A stretch of DNA of 43,625 nucleotides from Herminiimonas sp. (lineage in GTDB: Bacteria > Pseudomonadota > Gammaproteobacteria > Burkholderiales > Burkholderiaceae_D): contig NZ_JAUSME010000322.1 in the NCBI RefSeq assembly GCF_030645555.1, positions 1 to 43,625 of the forward strand, in the 5' to 3' direction. Made by a program: the position numbers and the translations under genes. How positions within the stretch are numbered: the stretch's first letter is position 1; every line of letters starts with the position of its first letter. The notes beneath the pieces were generated by a model that saw only the letters and a program-made list of their open reading frames with translations, made no database searches and was not told the origin of the DNA. Positions 17,489 to 28,861 of the stretch are shown here, piece after piece.

Positions 17489-19879
17489 ATGAAAAATCGC
17501 TGGTTCTCCTCGCTAAAGCGGCATCTTGCACTGCGAGAATGGCTGATACTATCCGTCATCCTGCTGGCTATCGCCGCCGCAATCGGCTGGCAAAATGGCT
17601 TGGGGCGACTGGATCAGGCGCGCTATGACCTGTTTTTATCTACCAGCAGCAAACCGACGAGTGAAGACGTCATCATCGTGGCGATCGATGATTACAGCCT
17701 GTCGCAACTTGGTCGCTGGCCCTGGCCGCGCACCATGCATGCGGACCTGATCAACCGGCTCAACAAAACCCAACCGCGCGCCATCGGATTCGATGTGATC
17801 TTCTCCGAGCCGGAAGCAGCGCAAGCCGACGGTACGCCATCCGGCGATCAAAAGCTGGCTGCTGCATTGCTGCAAAACGGGCACACGGTACTGCCTGTGA
17901 GCATGATGAATGCAGGCCATGGCCTGACCGTCAATTTGCCGCTACCCGAACTGGCCCAAGCCGCACATGCGCTAGGCCATATCAATCTGAAACACGATAG
18001 TGATGGCGTGGTGCGCAGCGCTTTCCTGCATGAAGGCCAGGGCGGCGTCTGGTGGCCGCATTTTTCTGCCGCCTTGCTGGCAACCGGCAATGCTGCGCAA
18101 TACGCGGATATGCTGCGAAAAAGCAAACCGCAAGACCATGTCGCAGGCATCGATAACTGGCAACGTGCCGATCAAATGCATATCCCGTTTACTGGCAGCG
18201 TCGGCCATGTGCAATCAATCCCATATGTATCCGTATTGCGCGGTGAAGTTCCGGATGAATTCTTTACCGGCAAGTACGTGCTGATTGGCGCCACCGCGCT
18301 CGGCATGGCAGATTCCTATCCGACCCCCGTTTCGGGTGAAACCGGGGCAATGCCGGGTATCGAAATTCATGCCCAGATACTGGACAACCTGCTTAACGGG
18401 AAAAGCTTACGCCTCGCCCAGGCATGGGAAGCATCACTGTTTACGGTCATGCCGGTACTCCTGGCCCTGCTTAGCTACCTGCTACTGTCACCGCGCCTCT
18501 CCCTGCTCGCAACAGCCCTGGGGGTGCTGCTGACCGTAGTCGCCAGTTATATCGGCTTGCACCTCATCGGCATATGGCTGCCGCCTTCGGCCGCCATCAT
18601 TCTTGTCATCATCTCGTATCCATTGTGGATCTGGCGCCGGCTGGAAGCGGCGATCACCTATCTGGGACAGGAATTTACCCGCCTCGACCAGGAACCGCAT
18701 TTGATGCCAGAGGAAAATCCAGCTACCGCAGCAGACGACATGACGGATGTGCTGGAGCAGCGTATTTCGGCCATGAAAGATGCGGCGCGGCGCGTGCGCG
18801 ATTTGCGCCAGTTCGTCTCGGACAATCTGAACAACCTGCCGGATGCAACCCTCGTCACGTCTATCGACGGGCGCATTTTGCTGGCCAACAAAAACGCCAA
18901 CGATTACTACCGGGCGCGAGGATTAGATGATGTGCGCGGCACTTCGGTGATCACATTACTGGCACAACTGAAGGCAGCGCAGCCTATCGATCAGGCCGCC
19001 AATCTGTCTTTCGACTGGCCGCAATTACTTGATCTGGGTCACGCAACAACATTAGCCAATGGCGTATCAGCGCAGGACGATACAGGGCGTGACTTGCTGA
19101 TAAAAAGCGGGCCCTGTCACTCTGCAAGCAATCTGCTGACCGGCTGGATCATCAGCATTCACGATATTTCGACTATCCGCGCGATAGAACGCAGTCGCGA
19201 TGAAACCCTGCGTTTCCTGTCGCACGATATGCGCGCACCACAGGCATCGATACTTGCGCTGCTCGAATTGCAGCATGAAAGCTCTTCTGCATTGTCGCAG
19301 CAAGAACTCTTTGCACGGATTGAAAAATCCTGCCGCAAGACGCTGGGCCTGGCGGACAACTTCGTGCAATTGGCGCGTGCAGAATCGCAGGAATACCGGC
19401 TGGAAGAAGTCGACTTCCAGGATCTGCTGTTTGATGCGGCCGATGAAATGTGGTCGCTGACGAAAAGCCGGCACATCGATCTGCAGGTCGAGATTGCGGA
19501 AGGCGAATACCCGGTCAAGGTAGACCGCACCCTGATGACGCGCGCATTGAGCAATCTGATCTCGAATGCGATCAATTACAGCCCGGATCACACGCAGATA
19601 CTGTGCTCGGCCTGGTTGCAGCAGGATGGCGAGCAGGCGCGCGTCGCATGCAGCATACGCGACCATGGTTACGGCATTGCCGCAGCCGATCAGGGCAAGC
19701 TGTTCCAGCGTTTCCAGCGGGTGGATTTGCCGAACCAGCCGCGCCATGACGGCGTAGGACTGGGGCTGGTATTTGTGAAAACCGTCATCGAACGTCATCA
19801 GGGTGATATCCGCTTTGCCAGCACCGCAGGCGAGGGCACGACCTTCACGCTGACCCTGCCCCGTTGTCTACCGACATAG
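17489..19879 (+). CDS. CHASE2-PAS sensor histidine kinase
   Basis: CHASE2 (IVAIDDYSL..LGRWPWPR, DVIFSEP, DSDGVVR, KYVLIGATA, MPGIEIHAQ), about 3 TM helices, PAS-like region, H-box LSHDMRAP, N-box NLISNAINYS, DHGYGI and GVGLGL. Confidence 0.93.
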   Translation: MKNRWFSSLKRHLALREWLILSVILLAIAAAIGWQNGLGRLDQARYDLFLSTSSKPTSEDVIIVAIDDYSLSQLGRWPWPRTMHADLINRLNKTQPRAIGFDVIFSEPEAAQADGTPSGDQKLAAALLQNGHTVLPVSMMNAGHGLTVNLPLPELAQAAHALGHINLKHDSDGVVRSAFLHEGQGGVWWPHFSAALLATGNAAQYADMLRKSKPQDHVAGIDNWQRADQMHIPFTGSVGHVQSIPYVSVLRGEVPDEFFTGKYVLIGATALGMADSYPTPVSGETGAMPGIEIHAQILDNLLNGKSLRLAQAWEASLFTVMPVLLALLSYLLLSPRLSLLATALGVLLTVVASYIGLHLIGIWLPPSAAIILVIISYPLWIWRRLEAAITYLGQEFTRLDQEPHLMPEENPATAADDMTDVLEQRISAMKDAARRVRDLRQFVSDNLNNLPDATLVTSIDGRILLANKNANDYYRARGLDDVRGTSVITLLAQLKAAQPIDQAANLSFDWPQLLDLGHATTLANGVSAQDDTGRDLLIKSGPCHSASNLLTGWIISIHDISTIRAIERSRDETLRFLSHDMRAPQASILALLELQHESSSALSQQELFARIEKSCRKTLGLADNFVQLARAESQEYRLEEVDFQDLLFDAADEMWSLTKSRHIDLQVEIAEGEYPVKVDRTLMTRALSNLISNAINYSPDHTQILCSAWLQQDGEQARVACSIRDHGYGIAAADQGKLFQRFQRVDLPNQPRHDGVGLGLVFVKTVIERHQGDIRFASTAGEGTTFTLTLPRCLPT

Positions 19880-19972
19880 CCGCATAGCGCGAGCACACGG
19901 CAATGCCCTCGTTTCATAGTGCAACAGGCTATAATGCGCGGTAGATATCACTACTGAATATTCGTGCCACAA

Positions 19973-21262
19973 ATGCAACTTCTCGCCGTCGGCCTCAACC
20001 ACACTACCGCGCCTGTTTCTTTGCGCGAAAAGGTAGCCTTTCCCGCTGACCAGCTCGGTCAGGCGGTGGCTTCCGCACGGATGTGGTACGGACGCGGCGA
20101 CAGCAAGATTCATACTGATGAGGCGGCGATACTGTCGACCTGCAATCGCACCGAGCTGTATGCGGCCAGCCATGTGCCCGGCGGCGTCGATGCAGCCATA
20201 GACCTCACCGCGCATTTCCTCGCCGATTATCACAAGCTGCCTTATGCGGAATTGCGTCCTTACCTGTACGCGCTGCCGGCAGACAATGCAGTGCGTCATG
20301 CCTTCCGCGTCGCCTCGGGACTCGATTCGATGGTGCTAGGCGAACCGCAAATCCTCGGCCAGATGAAGGATGCCGTCCGCCAGGCCGATGCTGCCGGCGG
20401 GCTCGGCACCTATCTGCATCAAATGTTCCAGCGTACCTTTGCGGTCGCCAAGGAAGTGCGCAGCACAACTGAAATCGGCGCGCATAGCGTGTCGATGGCA
20501 GCGGCAGCGGTGCGTTTGTCGCAACGCATCTTCGATACGATCGCCGAACAGAATGTGCTGTTCATAGGCGCCGGCGAAATGATCGAATTGTGCGCCACCC
20601 ACTTCGCTGCACAAAATCCGAAATCGCTGACGATCGCCAACCGCACGCTGGAACGCGGCGAGGCGCTCGCACATCGCTTCAACGGTCGCGCGATACGCCT
20701 GGCGGATTTGCCGGACCAGCTCGCCACCTACGATATCGTCATTTCATCGACCGCGTCCTCGCTGCCCATCATCGGCCTCGGCATGGTAGAGCGCGCGATC
20801 AAGGTACGTCGCCATAAACCGATGTTCATGGTCGACCTGGCCGTGCCGCGCGATATCGAGCCGGAAATCGGCCGCCTGGATGACGTGTTCCTCTATACCG
20901 TCGATGATCTCGGCGCCTTCGTGCAAACCGGCGTCGAAAATCGCCAGGCTGCCGTGGCGCAGGCGGAAGCCATCATCGAAACCCGCGTGCAATCCTTCAT
21001 GCACTGGATGGATGCCCGTGCCGTCGTGCCGGTGATACAGGACTTGCATGAAGCCAGCGAGTTCATGCGCACGATGGAACTGGAACGCGCACGCAAACTG
21101 CTGGCCAAGGGTGAAGACATAGACGCAGTGCTGGAAGCCCTGTCCAAGGGCTTGACTGCAAAATTCCTGCATGGCCCGCAACAGGCCTTGCATAATGCGC
21201 AGGGCGACGAGCGCGCACGTCTCGCCACCCTGCTGCCGCAACTGTTCCGCACCAAGCGCTAG
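19973..21262 (+). CDS. hemA: Glutamyl-tRNA reductase
   Basis: [55 protein letters not shown] at 19930-19935. Start is ATG 19973 or GTG 19964. Confidence 0.97.
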   Translation: MQLLAVGLNHTTAPVSLREKVAFPADQLGQAVASARMWYGRGDSKIHTDEAAILSTCNRTELYAASHVPGGVDAAIDLTAHFLADYHKLPYAELRPYLYALPADNAVRHAFRVASGLDSMVLGEPQILGQMKDAVRQADAAGGLGTYLHQMFQRTFAVAKEVRSTTEIGAHSVSMAAAAVRLSQRIFDTIAEQNVLFIGAGEMIELCATHFAAQNPKSLTIANRTLERGEALAHRFNGRAIRLADLPDQLATYDIVISSTASSLPIIGLGMVERAIKVRRHKPMFMVDLAVPRDIEPEIGRLDDVFLYTVDDLGAFVQTGVENRQAAVAQAEAIIETRVQSFMHWMDARAVVPVIQDLHEASEFMRTMELERARKLLAKGEDIDAVLEALSKGLTAKFLHGPQQALHNAQGDERARLATLLPQLFRTKR

Positions 21263-21364
21263 CGACGCTCATCTCGCGCCTGCACGCTGCTGCAGGCCAG
21301 CCCCTTGCTGTGCCATGCGCGCGCAAACCGCCACGATCACCCCCGAATTCAAGACTGAAAAATT

Positions 21365-22450
21365 ATGATGAAACCCTCGATGCTCGCCAAGCTCGATCAA
21401 TTGACCGAGCGCCTGGCTGAAGTGAATGTGCTGCTGATGCAGGAAGACGTCACGTCCAATATGGACAACTATCGCAAGCTGACGCGCGAACATGCCGAGC
21501 TTGGCCCGCTGGTGGCGCTGTACGGCAATTACACGCAAGCCGACACCGACATCAAGGATGCGCAAGGCATGCTCTCCGACCCGGACATGAAGGAATTTGC
21601 GCAGGAAGAAATCGCGGCCGGCAAGGCACGCATGGAACAGCTCGAAATCGACCTGCAGAAAATGCTGCTGCCGAAAGACCCGAATGACGAGCGCAATATC
21701 TTTCTCGAAATCCGCGCCGGCACCGGCGGCGATGAATCGGCCCTGTTCGCCGGCGATCTGCTGCGCATGTACACGCGCTTTGCCGAACGTAATCGCTGGC
21801 AGATAGAAATGGTGTCGGAATCGGCATCCGAAGTCGGCGGCTACAAGGAAGTGATCGTGCGCGTGGTCGGCAACGGCGCCTATTCAAAACTGAAGTTCGA
21901 ATCCGGCGGCCATCGCGTGCAACGCGTGCCGGCGACAGAAACGCAGGGCCGCATCCACACCTCGGCCTGCACCGTCGCCGTGATGCCGGAAGCCGATGAA
22001 GTCGAGGACGTCAACATCAATCCAGCCGATTTGCGCATCGATACCTACCGCGCCTCGGGCGCCGGCGGCCAGCATATCAACAAGACCGATTCGGCCGTGC
22101 GCATCACGCACATCCCGACCGGCATCGTGGTCGAATGCCAGGACGACCGCAGCCAGCACAAGAACAAGGCCTCGGCATTGAAAGTGCTGGCGGCCCGCAT
22201 CAAGGATGTGCAGTTGCGCGAACAGCAATCGAAGGAAGCGGCGACGCGCAAATCGCTGATCGGTTCGGGCGACCGCAGTGAACGCATACGCACGTATAAT
22301 TTCCCGCAAGGCCGCATGACCGACCACCGCATCAACCTGACTTTGTACAAGCTCGATTTCATCATGGATGGCGATTTGACCGAATTGACGAATGCACTGG
22401 CGGCTGAACACCAGGCCGACTTGCTGGCCGCACTAGGCGACGCGAGTTAA
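21365..22450 (+). CDS. prfA: Peptide chain release factor 1
   Basis: [12 protein letters not shown]1-specific PAT tripeptide (RVPATE), [15 protein letters not shown]. Confidence 0.98.
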   Translation: MMKPSMLAKLDQLTERLAEVNVLLMQEDVTSNMDNYRKLTREHAELGPLVALYGNYTQADTDIKDAQGMLSDPDMKEFAQEEIAAGKARMEQLEIDLQKMLLPKDPNDERNIFLEIRAGTGGDESALFAGDLLRMYTRFAERNRWQIEMVSESASEVGGYKEVIVRVVGNGAYSKLKFESGGHRVQRVPATETQGRIHTSACTVAVMPEADEVEDVNINPADLRIDTYRASGAGGQHINKTDSAVRITHIPTGIVVECQDDRSQHKNKASALKVLAARIKDVQLREQQSKEAATRKSLIGSGDRSERIRTYNFPQGRMTDHRINLTLYKLDFIMDGDLTELTNALAAEHQADLLAALGDAS

Positions 22451-22522
22451 CAAGCGCAAAAGAAACGCAACTATTCAGCCCCGGCTTACTCATACCGACT
22501 GCTCTTGCCCAAGGACACTGTC

Positions 22523-22999
22523 ATGAAACACTCGAAACCTGATTTGCTCGCAGTCGCCTTTATCTCGCTGATGATGCTGGCCGTGGCGCTGTATCTGCAG
22601 CATGTGGAAAACATGCAGCCATGCCCGCTGTGCGTGATACAGCGCTATGCGTTTGCCGCGATTGCCTTGTTTTGCCTGATAGGCGCATTCATGCAGCGCG
22701 GTCGCGCCAGGACCAGCGCCGCACTGGCGGCCTGCTCCGCGATCGCCGGTGCAGGCGTCGCCGCATGGCACATCTATATCAAGGCCAATCCGACCGTATC
22801 ATGCGGCATAGACCCACTGGAAACTTCGCTCAATACCCTGCCGACCGCACAGTTGTTGCCCTTCCTGTTCAAGGCGGATGGCTTGTGCACGACGGACTAT
22901 GCACCGATACTCGGCTTGTCCATCCCGCAATGGGCCCTGATCTGGTTTGTCGTGCTGGGCCTGTTCCTGCTCCGCATCACTTTCAAGCAAGCGCGTTAA
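22523..22999 (+). CDS. dsbB: Disulfide bond formation protein B
   Basis: Four TM segments, PCPLCVIQR motif, second Cys pair (SCG...GLC), LGLSIPQW. AAGGA RBS. Confidence 0.9.
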   Translation: MKHSKPDLLAVAFISLMMLAVALYLQHVENMQPCPLCVIQRYAFAAIALFCLIGAFMQRGRARTSAALAACSAIAGAGVAAWHIYIKANPTVSCGIDPLETSLNTLPTAQLLPFLFKADGLCTTDYAPILGLSIPQWALIWFVVLGLFLLRITFKQAR

Positions 23000-23844
23000 T
23001 GCCATCAATGCCGGCCGCAGCCGTCGCTCCGGGCACGACCATAGGATCGGTCATGCGCGACGCGCCGCTGCCACAGCAGGAAGCGCGCATCCTGCTCGGC
23101 CATGTCGCACAAATCTCGCGCGTGCAATTGATCACGCAATCCGAACGCGCATTGAGCGCCGCTGAAGCACAGCAACTTGCCAGCCTGTTTGCACGCCGTC
23201 TGGCAGGCGAGCCTATCGCCTATCTAGTCGGCGAGCGCGAATTTTTCGGCCTCGCGTTTGAAGTCAACCCGGCCGTACTGATTCCACGCCCCGATACCGA
23301 ATTGCTGGTTGAACTGGCCCTGCAGCATTTGCCGCCCCAAGGCCGCGTGCTGGATATGGGTACCGGCTCCGGCGCAATCGCGATTGCGCTGGCGCATACG
23401 CGGCCCGATGCGCGCGTCACCGCACTCGATGCCAGCGCAGCAGCACTGGCGGTGGCGCAAGCCAACGCCAGCAAACATCAGGCAGGGATAGAGTTTTTGC
23501 ACAGCGACTGGTTCGCCGCATTGGGCGACCGGCAGTTCGATTTGATCGTCTCCAACCCGCCCTACATCGTCGCCGGCGACAGGCATTTGTCAGAAGGCGA
23601 TTTGCGCTTCGAGCCGATCGATGCGCTGACCGATCATGCCGATGGCTTGTCGGACCTGCGTACTATCAGCAGCCATGCCGCGCGCCATCTGGCCGACGAT
23701 GGCTGGCTATTGATGGAACATGGTTACGATCAAGCCGCGGCAGCACGCGCCTTGCTGCTTGCGGATCATTTCAGGGAAGTGCAAAGCTGGCGCGACCTGG
23801 CCAATATAGCGCGCGTCAGCGGCGGAAAGAAATCCCGCGCCTGA
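22999..23844 (+). CDS. prmC: Release factor glutamine methyltransferase
   Basis: RRLAGEPIAYLVGEREF, VLIPRPDTE, LDMGTGSGAI, SNPPY, EHGYDQ. Start inferred at the TAATG overlap with dsbB (or 23008). Confidence 0.95.
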   Translation: MPSMPAAAVAPGTTIGSVMRDAPLPQQEARILLGHVAQISRVQLITQSERALSAAEAQQLASLFARRLAGEPIAYLVGEREFFGLAFEVNPAVLIPRPDTELLVELALQHLPPQGRVLDMGTGSGAIAIALAHTRPDARVTALDASAAALAVAQANASKHQAGIEFLHSDWFAALGDRQFDLIVSNPPYIVAGDRHLSEGDLRFEPIDALTDHADGLSDLRTISSHAARHLADDGWLLMEHGYDQAAAARALLLADHFREVQSWRDLANIARVSGGKKSRA

Positions 23845-23859
23845 GGCAGGCTGGCGACG

Positions 23860-24384
23860 TCAGGCGGCCAGCGCCTTTTCCAGCAGTTGATGCAAGACCG
23901 GGAAGTCAGGCTCGCCCACATATTTCTTGATGACGTGGCCATCCTTGTCGATCACCAGTGTGGTCGGCGTCAATTTGATATCGCCGAACGACTTCGCCAG
24001 TTCGCCTTGCGTATCGAGCGCAACGGTAAACGGCAACTTGCGCGTCTCGACAAAATTCAATACATAGTTGGCCGGATCATAAACCATTGCGACGGCGATA
24101 AATTCCAGGCCTTGCGCATGGTATTTGTTGAACGTCTCGACCATCTCCGGCATTTCCTTGACGCAGGTTGCGCAAGAGGTTGCCCAGAAATTGATCATCA
24201 CGACCTTGCCGCGCAAATCCTGCGACGTAATTTTCTTCCCTTGCAGATTGACAAAGGTCACGTCCGGTATGACTTCCTTTTTCGAAATCGAAAGATAGGC
24301 AATCGCGGCCAATGCCACGACCATCAGCAAGGCGACTATCTTTAGCCAGCTGCGTTTTTGCGTTGCGGGAGATGATGTTTGCAT
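23860..24384 (-). CDS. TlpA-like thiol:disulfide oxidoreductase
   Basis: N-terminal anchor, GKVVMINFWATSCATCVKEMP, TPTTLVIDKDG. Confidence 0.9.
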   Translation of the reverse strand: MQTSSPATQKRSWLKIVALLMVVALAAIAYLSISKKEVIPDVTFVNLQGKKITSQDLRGKVVMINFWATSCATCVKEMPEMVETFNKYHAQGLEFIAVAMVYDPANYVLNFVETRKLPFTVALDTQGELAKSFGDIKLTPTTLVIDKDGHVIKKYVGEPDFPVLHQLLEKALAA

Positions 24385-24475
24385 AATCGACAATCCGGGA
24401 TGTTCTAGCTGTGTACGGTGCGCCCATTATAGTCAGGTCGAACGGATCGCGCCGGAAGCATGCGCGCTGCAGGCA

Positions 24476-26446
24476 TCAGACTTCGGGCCAGCCGGACTCG
24501 GTATACATGGCCGCCACTACATTCGGCATGGGCGCTTCCAGTGCCGCACAGATCGCACGCAACAGATCGGCCACGCCCAGCGGTAACGCGTCATGCTCGC
24601 TGACTACCGCGATCAGCGCCTTGATCAAGGCCGGCTTGGCCAGCGGCGCCAACTGATTGGCGCGATCTAGCGCGGCTTTGATCTTGCTGAATCTCAGTAT
24701 CTGCACATCGACCAAATCCTGCTCTGACAAAGCCAGTTGCGTACAGGCAGCCGCCGACCGCATGAACAGGGTGGCCGCAGGCAGTTGCAGCAACGGGGCC
24801 GCCACATAGGACGCCAGTGAAAACAGGCTTGCGCATTCAGGCCTCAATTCCTGCAGCGACAAGAATTTTACCGGCACCGCCCGCCCTGCATGCATATCGA
24901 GACGACGTGCGAGTACGGTTTGCAATACAAATTCAGACAGGCTCATGCGCTTGTCAGCAGCAATCAATTTATCGACATTCGCCAACAGCAAGGCACGCTC
25001 ATCCGCCGCCAACTGACGCAAGGCAGGCATCGCCAGATCGAGCAAGGGCAGGCGCGCATGGGGCGACAGCTGCCAGATCGCAGCCGCCAGCAAGGCAACC
25101 TGTTCTGCCTGCTGCGGCAGATGGGTGCGCAATGCCGCTTGCTGCTCGCCTTGTTGCGCATCCGGATCCAGCAGCAATGCATACACGATGGCAGTGGCTG
25201 CGCGTGGCTCATGTGCGGCCTGGTCTATGGCTGGCGCCAGCCGGATACCGTCCAGCGCGCCATGGCCATAGGCGCGTGCTGCCGTCTCGATGATCGCAGC
25301 GCTGGCAGCCTGCATGTCTGCATCGGCGGCAGCAAAGCCGGCCGCGACGTAAGGCAGGTCAGGCAAAAGTTCGGGTGCAGTGGGAAATTGGAAATTTTCT
25401 TCGGCCGCCATTTCCGGCGCATCCAGCATGCCGACATCCCGGCCGTAAATACGATGCAACCGTTCGCGCAGCGGAGGGTGGGTCGCAAACCAGCCTGCCA
25501 GCAGATTCGGCCGCGCAGCACTCAGGAATAAATGGGACAAATGCTCGGCATTCGGATGCAGGATATACACACCGGCAAAACCCGGGCGATTGAGCCCGCC
25601 AATCTTGCGCAAGGCCTGGCCTATGCCATCCGGATTGCGGGTGAATTGTATTGCGCTGGCATCGGCCAGGAATTCGCGTTGCCGCGAAACGGCGGATTTG
25701 ATGATGCGTCCGAAAAAAATCCCGAGATAGCCGATCATGAACAGCATCGCGCCCGTCACCAGGAACACCAGATGCAGCGGCGTACTTTTTCCATTGCCCT
25801 GCCCGGAATCACCGGCACCCATGCTGACATCCATCATTTGCCGGCCAAAGCCGGCCACCATTTGCATCCCGAACAGCACGCCTATCAGGCGCACATTCAA
25901 GCGCATGTCACCGTTGAGGATATGACTGAATTCATGGCCGATCACGCCTTGCAGTTCATCGCGCGTCAAGCGCTCCAGCGCGCCGCGTGTGACTGCAAGC
26001 ACAGCTTCATTTGCATTGTAGCCGGCAGCGAATGCATTGATTGCATCCTCCCGCTCGAGTACGTAGACCCTGGGGCAGGCAATGCCGGATGCCAGCGCCA
26101 TCTCTTCGACCACATTGAGCAAACGACGCTTGCGTCCATCATGGGTGTTGGACGCGACGATCGTGCCGCCCGCCATGCGCGCCACGGCATCGCCGCCATC
26201 GCGCAGGTTGTACATTTCGATCAGCGTGCCGCCTCCTATCAAACCAAGGGTGATGAAGGTATTGGCGAAGAAAAACCCGCGCGGATAATCATGCGGCCCG
26301 GCCCAGGGCTGGCCCTGCATCCAGATCGCGATCAACGCCATGCCCAGGTTGACTGCCAGCACGATCGCCAGGACTGCGAGCGCGAACAGGAGCACCAGCG
26401 TCCTGGTCTGGCGCCGCGCGTGATCCTGCTGCTCAAAGAAAGTCAT
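24476..26446 (-). CDS. M48 (HtpX-like) membrane zinc metallopeptidase with long C-terminal extension
   Basis: NVVEEMALASG, INAFAAG, ELQGVIGHEFSHILNGD, SRQREFLADA, THPPL. Confidence 0.92.
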   Translation of the reverse strand: MTFFEQQDHARRQTRTLVLLFALAVLAIVLAVNLGMALIAIWMQGQPWAGPHDYPRGFFFANTFITLGLIGGGTLIEMYNLRDGGDAVARMAGGTIVASNTHDGRKRRLLNVVEEMALASGIACPRVYVLEREDAINAFAAGYNANEAVLAVTRGALERLTRDELQGVIGHEFSHILNGDMRLNVRLIGVLFGMQMVAGFGRQMMDVSMGAGDSGQGNGKSTPLHLVFLVTGAMLFMIGYLGIFFGRIIKSAVSRQREFLADASAIQFTRNPDGIGQALRKIGGLNRPGFAGVYILHPNAEHLSHLFLSAARPNLLAGWFATHPPLRERLHRIYGRDVGMLDAPEMAAEENFQFPTAPELLPDLPYVAAGFAAADADMQAASAAIIETAARAYGHGALDGIRLAPAIDQAAHEPRAATAIVYALLLDPDAQQGEQQAALRTHLPQQAEQVALLAAAIWQLSPHARLPLLDLAMPALRQLAADERALLLANVDKLIAADKRMSLSEFVLQTVLARRLDMHAGRAVPVKFLSLQELRPECASLFSLASYVAAPLLQLPAATLFMRSAAACTQLALSEQDLVDVQILRFSKIKAALDRANQLAPLAKPALIKALIAVVSEHDALPLGVADLLRAICAALEAPMPNVVAAMYTESGWPEV

Positions 26447-26496
26447 GCCGCGAGCGCGCCATGCATGGGTGCATACCCTTCAAACATGGTGCGCAA

Positions 26497-27078
26497 TCAG
26501 AATCCGACTTTGATGGCCTTGCGTTCTTCCGGCGTTTCTGTCGACTCCAGCAATTCGGCTGTTTTGAAACCGCAGCTGTTGGCTACCACCGAGCCGGGGA
26601 ATTGCTCGATCGCGATGTTGTATGACATCACGCTGTCGTTGTAACCCTGGCGCGCAAACGCAATCCGGTTTTCGGTGCTGGCGAGCTCTTCGCTCAACTG
26701 CATCATGGTTTGATTAGCCTGCAATTCCGGATAGGCTTCAGACAAGGCGAACAGTTTGCCCAACGATGCATTCAACACGCCGTCAGCGGCAACCATTTGC
26801 CTGAATGCGGCCGCATCAGCCGGATCGCCGGCGGCTTTCTTATTCGCGCTCACGGCCTGATTGCGCGCGCCTATCACCGCTTCCAGCGTTTCACGCTCAT
26901 GCGTCATATAGGCTTTTGCGGTTTCAACCAGGTTGGGGATCAGATCATAACGACGCTTGAGTTGCACGTCGATTTGCGAAAATGCATTCTTGAAATAATT
27001 GCGCAGGGCGACGATGCGGTTATATACCCCCACGCCCCAGATCACAACGATAGCCAATAGTACGAGTACTGCTGTCAT
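26497..27078 (-). CDS. lemA: LemA family protein
   Basis: N-terminal TM, YNRIV, QIDVQLKRRYDLIPNLVET, EAYPEL, TENRIAFARQGYND. GGGAG RBS. Confidence 0.95.
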   Translation of the reverse strand: MTAVLVLLAIVVIWGVGVYNRIVALRNYFKNAFSQIDVQLKRRYDLIPNLVETAKAYMTHERETLEAVIGARNQAVSANKKAAGDPADAAAFRQMVAADGVLNASLGKLFALSEAYPELQANQTMMQLSEELASTENRIAFARQGYNDSVMSYNIAIEQFPGSVVANSCGFKTAELLESTETPEERKAIKVGF

Positions 27079-27138
27079 GTTTGCTCCCAATGAAAAAGCC
27101 GCACGACTCAATGTCGTGCGGCTTCAATATAGCATTCC

Positions 27139-27161
27139 AAAACCGCCGCTTGTCAGGCGGC
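27139..27161 (-). terminator. Possible terminator after the BON gene
   Basis: - strand CCGCC-TGACAAGC-GGCGG-TTTT just after the stop codon. Confidence 0.5.
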
Positions 27162-27177
27162 AATCATTATTTAATGT

Positions 27178-28851
<1,674 letters not shown>

Positions 28852-28861
28852 CAGCGTATGC

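Noticed and set aside
13701-19879. Genomic island integrated at tRNA-Phe
   Set aside because: No integrase, and I found no repeat of the tRNA 3' end downstream. The tRNA terminator is intact and downstream genes look native in composition.
22621-22998. 126-aa N-terminal extension of prmC in the ORF track
   Set aside because: Overlaps dsbB in another frame. PrmC similarity begins only after the TAATG junction.
25532-26644. Long antisense ORFs (370 aa here; also 36792..37700, 33301..34239, 38677..39471)
   Set aside because: Antisense shadows of well-supported genes, expected in high-GC coding DNA; no motifs.
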